DNA of 32,000 bases from Thermosulfurimonas dismutans (GTDB taxonomy: Bacteria > Desulfobacterota > Thermodesulfobacteria > Thermodesulfobacteriales > Thermodesulfobacteriaceae), in NCBI RefSeq assembly GCF_001652585.1, contig NZ_LWLG01000001.1:180001-212000 (forward strand), read 5' to 3'. Under the pieces are notes generated by a model. It did not search any database. It had not been told where the DNA came from and saw nothing but the letters and a program-made list of their open reading frames with translations. Both the position numbers and the translations under genes were made by a program. This document shows, in pieces, positions 28,694-32,000 of this stretch (positions are counted from its first letter, which is position 1; every line of letters begins with the position of its first letter).

Positions 28694-29642
28694 AAAGGTT
28701 CCGCCTTACACCCATTGGACCAAGTTGCTTTTGGAAAGGGGCTATCATGCTGAAATATTTTCGGACATTAACCTAGCTGCCGAGCACATCCTTTTCAAAC
28801 TTCCGGATATGTTACTCATTGAAGAAAAACTCCATCCTGCGCTGGTCAAAGATCTGGTCTTTGCCCTCAAGGCCGATTTGAGCCTTTCGTCCCTTCCGGT
28901 TTTGCTTATCCTTTTGCCTGAAAGGATTTCGGAAATAGAATGGGAAGAATACCTTATAGACGACTTCATCTGTGAAGGGGCCTCCGACGAAGAAGTAATT
29001 TCAAGGGTTCACTTGGCCTTTGTAAGGGCCAGTCGTCTAGCTGACAACAATCCCCTTACCGGACTTCCTGGAAATACTTCTATCTTGAGGAAAATAGAGG
29101 AGGTCTTGAAGAGTGAAAGTCCCCAGGCAGTAGCCTATGTGGATATAGACCACTTCAAACCCTTCAATGATGCTTACGGCTTTTCTCGCGGTGACGAAAT
29201 CATTCGCATGCTGGCCCGAATCTTGGTCCATACCGTGGAGCAGTATGCGGGCGCCAAAGGTTTTGTAGGTCACATCGGAGGAGACGATTTCGTGTTCATC
29301 TGTCCCCTAGAATACGCTGAAGATATAGCCCGCGAACTCATTCAGAAGTTCGATCAACTGATCTTAAGTTTCATAGAGCCTGAAGACAAGGAACGGGGCT
29401 GCATCATCACCACCGATCGACAAGGGGTCCTCTGTCGAATACCCTGGCCTTCGATCTCCATTGCCATTGTGCCGGTCTGGAAAGACCATTTTGAGCATTA
29501 TGGAGAGGTGGCTTCGGTCGCAGCCCAGATCAAAAAATATGTCAAAAGTATCTCTGGAAGCGCTTATCTAGTAGATCGACGGGGAAAAAACCGTAGCAAA
29601 TTTTTCCGGGAAGAGAAGGACCAAAAGAGCTCCCAAAGCTAG
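28665..29642 (+). CDS. Pseudo-receiver (REC-like) plus GGDEF-family domain protein with a GGDDF active-site variant
   Basis: TTG start 4-5 nt after GGGAGG. The N-terminal 120 aa have a CheY-like alternation but lack the acidic pocket. The GGDEF domain runs NPLTGLPGN...YVDIDHFKPFNDAYGFSRGD...HIGGDDFVFI, with the GGDDF codons at 29277-29291. Confidence 0.8.
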   Translation: MLKNILLVAEKVPPYTHWTKLLLERGYHAEIFSDINLAAEHILFKLPDMLLIEEKLHPALVKDLVFALKADLSLSSLPVLLILLPERISEIEWEEYLIDDFICEGASDEEVISRVHLAFVRASRLADNNPLTGLPGNTSILRKIEEVLKSESPQAVAYVDIDHFKPFNDAYGFSRGDEIIRMLARILVHTVEQYAGAKGFVGHIGGDDFVFICPLEYAEDIARELIQKFDQLILSFIEPEDKERGCIITTDRQGVLCRIPWPSISIAIVPVWKDHFEHYGEVASVAAQIKKYVKSISGSAYLVDRRGKNRSKFFREEKDQKSSQS

Positions 29643-30341
29643 AAACGGTCCAAAGGGAATACTGGTAGTGCCCGAAATTTTCTGTCGCTTTATAAGGGCT
29701 ATGAAAAGGGCTCCGAACACCCCGGAAAGAGAGGCCGCAAAGACCACTGAAAGAAGTCGTTCAAGTCCTAAAAAGCTCCCGATCATGGCCAGAAGCTTAT
29801 AATCTCCTCCTCCAAGGCCCTCTCGTCCTCGAAACCAAAAATAGAACTCTCCCAGAAGATAAAACCCTCCGGCTCCACACAGAGCCCCAAGGAAAGCCCC
29901 CTTGGGGTCTACCAGAGGATTGAACGGTGAAAATACAAGCCCAACCAAAAGTCCCCCCAGCGAAAGTTCATCCGGAATGATCCTATGTTCCAAGTCTATG
30001 AAAGAAATCGCCAGGAGAAACAGGGAAAAAACATAAAAAATAAAGGCTGTCAAAGTCAAATCGAATTTTGCCACAAAATAAAAGGCTAGTGCGCCGGATA
30101 GAAATTCCACCAGAGGATATCTCATCGAAATCTTTGTGCCGCAAGCGCGGCATCGCCCTTTCTGCAAGAAAAAGGATAACAGGGGCACGTTCTCGTACCA
30201 GGAAAGCTCGTGTCCACAGGTCGGACAGAACGATCGGGGCGCGATCACCGAAAGGCCTCTAGGCAAACGATAAATAACCACATTCAGGAAGCTTCCAAAA
30301 CAGAGCCCGAAAAGGAAGGCCAAAAAGGGAAAAAGCTTCAT
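29568..30341 (-). CDS. pilD: Type IV prepilin peptidase / N-methyltransferase (A24 family)
   Basis: N-terminal CPTCG...CRACG Zn motif. Catalytic Asp contexts IDLEHRIIPDE and GGGDYKLLAMIG. Polytopic membrane protein. Confidence 0.92.
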   Translation of the reverse strand: MKLFPFLAFLFGLCFGSFLNVVIYRLPRGLSVIAPRSFCPTCGHELSWYENVPLLSFFLQKGRCRACGTKISMRYPLVEFLSGALAFYFVAKFDLTLTAFIFYVFSLFLLAISFIDLEHRIIPDELSLGGLLVGLVFSPFNPLVDPKGAFLGALCGAGGFYLLGEFYFWFRGREGLGGGDYKLLAMIGSFLGLERLLSVVFAASLSGVFGALFIALIKRQKISGTTSIPFGPFLALGALLVLLFPEKFATVFSPSIY

Positions 30342-30697
30342 TCTTCGGAGGAAATCAACTCATCATAGATGTTTCGAGCTTCTTCTATCAATTGAAGGGC
30401 CTTCAAGAATTTAGCATAGACGTGATGGAACCCACCCTCTATTTCCAAAAACTGAAGTCCTGCTCCCCTGGTTCCCGAGCCTCCCTGATGCATGACTATA
30501 GCCCTTATCGGAATACGTCCTATCGAAGGCAATTCCAACTCTAGATTCAAGATTGTACCGGGACGAGGAGGGTTCTCCATAGGAATAAAGCAACCCTTCA
30601 GAGAAAGATTGCCCACTTCAAAGGGCTTTGCGTATCCCGGGATATAGGCACGTACACATTCATAATAAAATCTGGGAAATTTTCTTCTATCCCTCAA
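30338..30697 (-). CDS. PilZ domain protein (predicted c-di-GMP receptor)
   Basis: 119 aa. RRKFPR (RxxxR) at residues 4-9 and NLSLKG (D/NxSxxG) at residues 30-35. TTG start sits 6 nt after AAGGGGG. The stop overlaps the pilD ATG (ATGA). Confidence 0.85.
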   Translation of the reverse strand: MRDRRKFPRFYYECVRAYIPGYAKPFEVGNLSLKGCFIPMENPPRPGTILNLELELPSIGRIPIRAIVMHQGGSGTRGAGLQFLEIEGGFHHVYAKFLKALQLIEEARNIYDELISSEE

Positions 30698-30781
30698 CCG
30701 AAGCCCCCTTGGTTTCTTCTTAGATCTATGATAAATTCAAAACAATAAAAAAGCAAATTTAATAATAAAAAGTCGATTTTT
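30698..30781. promoter_or_regulatory. AT-rich divergent control region between the PilZ-pilD operon and the KaiC-like gene
   Basis: This is the most AT-rich stretch of the window. It holds several A/T tracts (AAAACAATAAAAAAGCAAATTTAATAATAAAAAGTCGATTTTT) that may be roughly helically phased. It must hold both divergent promoters. Confidence 0.4.
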
Positions 30782-31648
30782 GTGGAGCGCGAAAAGGTTA
30801 TTTTAAAAGAGGCTATTTTAACTCCCCAAGAAGCCGTCAAAAAGGCTCCTCCATTACAGGGAGTACCCACAGGTGTAGAAGGTCTTGATGAGCTCTTTTT
30901 TCGGGTGGAATGGGAGAGCGGAAATCCTCAGCGCAAACCGTTAGGGGGCATTCCTCTTGGGGCTGTGGTCAATATCACGGGGATGCCCGATACCGGGAAG
31001 AGCCTTATGGCTGAACAATTCACGATCAAACAGGCCTCTGTCGGCCAAAGGGTCTGCTTTGTCACCGTAGAGACTCCAGCGGCCTTTGTGGTCAAAGGGC
31101 TAGAGGAAAGGGCCAAGGCCATGGGTATCAAGTTCTCCGAAATCGAGGACCGAATCGTTTTGCTAGACGCTGCCAGCTATCACCGCTTACGGGAAGATCT
31201 GCCCACTCTCATGGATACTTTGGCCCACATCTACCGCACCTACAAAGTAAATCATACGGTTGTCGACTCTGTGACAGGGCTTTATGAGGCTCGAGAAATG
31301 ATGGCCCGCAGTGTGGTACGGGCCCTTTATTCCTTCTGTAAAAAATGGCAACAGACGGCAGTTTTTGTTTCTCAGAAAAGAAGTTCCCACGAAGAACTTT
31401 CAGCCGAAGCTGCCGGAGGCTACGCCGTAGGCCATATCGTGGACTGTACCTTAGTGCTCTCCAAAGAACTCCTTCTTTCTCCCCGCTCGGCTGCGGCCTA
31501 TAAATTGCCCCCGGGGTCCATCCTCAGGCTCTTTCGCATTGACGGTTGTCGCCTCTGCGGGCACGATACCTCGGTAAGGACGCTTGAAATCACGGAACTA
31601 GGCCTGGTAAGAATTGGAAAACCCCTTTCGGAAGTTCTTAAGACATGA
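30782..31648 (+). CDS. Single-domain KaiC/RecA-superfamily ATPase
   Basis: 288 aa. GVEGLDELF...GGIPLGAVVNITGMPDTGKS (Walker A), VCFVTVETP (catalytic Glu context), HTVVDSVTG (Walker B-like). GTG start without an obvious ribosome-binding site, so the start is uncertain. Confidence 0.78.
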   Translation: MEREKVILKEAILTPQEAVKKAPPLQGVPTGVEGLDELFFRVEWESGNPQRKPLGGIPLGAVVNITGMPDTGKSLMAEQFTIKQASVGQRVCFVTVETPAAFVVKGLEERAKAMGIKFSEIEDRIVLLDAASYHRLREDLPTLMDTLAHIYRTYKVNHTVVDSVTGLYEAREMMARSVVRALYSFCKKWQQTAVFVSQKRSSHEELSAEAAGGYAVGHIVDCTLVLSKELLLSPRSAAAYKLPPGSILRLFRIDGCRLCGHDTSVRTLEITELGLVRIGKPLSEVLKT

Positions 31649-32000
31649 ACCTTGCACCTGAAGACTTCTTCGATTTCAGAAGTCTATCCCGTCATGGGGT
31701 GCTATTCGATGGTCTGAGCTTCGTTTGGGAGGCCTTAGCTCGCCTAAAGGACTATCTTAAAGATCACGTAAAACCTCTTCCTATAGAGGTTCCCGTAGGT
31801 GAACCCCTACAGGAAGGCTTGGTACTCTATCGGGACGTGGTTTTGCCTTTTAAGGCTGTTACCTGGCACCTTCAAAAGAAGGGGCCCGTGGTAGAGTATG
31901 GGGGGGAAAGGCTTCCCGGGGCATCCTTGATCTTCCCGGGAGCGGTTCTTTTTGATCGGGAAATCGAGATTGAGGAAGGCGTAATAATCGAACCCGGGGC
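31645..32000 (+). CDS. Partial CDS (N-terminal 118 codons, runs off the window): probable left-handed beta-helix / hexapeptide-repeat protein
   Basis: My own translation from ATG 31645, which forms an ATGA overlap with the upstream stop, gives MNLAPEDFFDFRSLSRHGVLFDGLSFVWEALARLKDYL...PGASLIFPGAVLFDREIEIEEGVIIEPG with no stop to position 32000. The terminal part looks like the onset of hexapeptide repeats. It is absent from the ORF track because it is open-ended. Confidence 0.55.
   Translation, partial: MNLAPEDFFDFRSLSRHGVLFDGLSFVWEALARLKDYLKDHVKPLPIEVPVGEPLQEGLVLYRDVVLPFKAVTWHLQKKGPVVEYGGERLPGASLIFPGAVLFDREIEIEEGVIIEPG

Noticed and set aside
29154-29200. Whether the GGDEF protein is a Hypr-type (cGAMP-producing) GGDEF enzyme like Geobacter GacA, which is also REC-GGDEF.
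   Set aside because: The specificity position in the FNDxxGxxxG(D/S) motif is Asp (FSRGD), as in canonical GTP-specific cyclases, not Ser/Thr. I therefore do not claim Hypr activity.

Overview
Gene-dense window with about 37 genes, many with overlapping or abutting stop and start codons, and almost no non-coding DNA. It is mostly housekeeping chromosome from what looks like a thermophilic diderm bacterium. That origin is an inference from E/K/R-rich proteins, strong GGAGG ribosome-binding sites, a beta-barrel porin and an Ahb-type alternative-heme gene.

Order of features:
- isochorismatase-family hydrolase, coiled-coil porin, acetyl-CoA synthetase, then a terminator and a Sir2/CobB deacetylase
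- Hsp33 and a serine hydrolase
- a phoB/phoR-like pair with pstSCAB; there is no phoU, and a half-size UPF0016/GDT1 gene follows pstB
- a siroheme-decarboxylase-like subunit and hemL, then a bidirectional terminator
- ilvC (minus strand) divergent from leuA
- a minus-strand trpC-hisI-hisG-TPR lipoprotein operon
- the classical rpmH-rnpA-yidD-yidC-jag-mnmE cluster
- a ThiD-ThiN fusion and gatC-gatA

The least ordinary part is the last 4.5 kb. A 107-aa unknown protein, an HDOD protein and a pseudo-receiver/GGDDF-variant GGDEF protein are chained onto gatCA. They converge on, and overlap by 75 bp, a PilZ-PilD operon. That operon is divergent from a KaiC-like ATPase coupled to a hexapeptide-repeat protein, which is cut by the window end.

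I saw no tRNA or rRNA genes, CRISPR arrays, IS elements or obvious defence systems. All functional calls rest on motif recognition by eye; no database search was possible.
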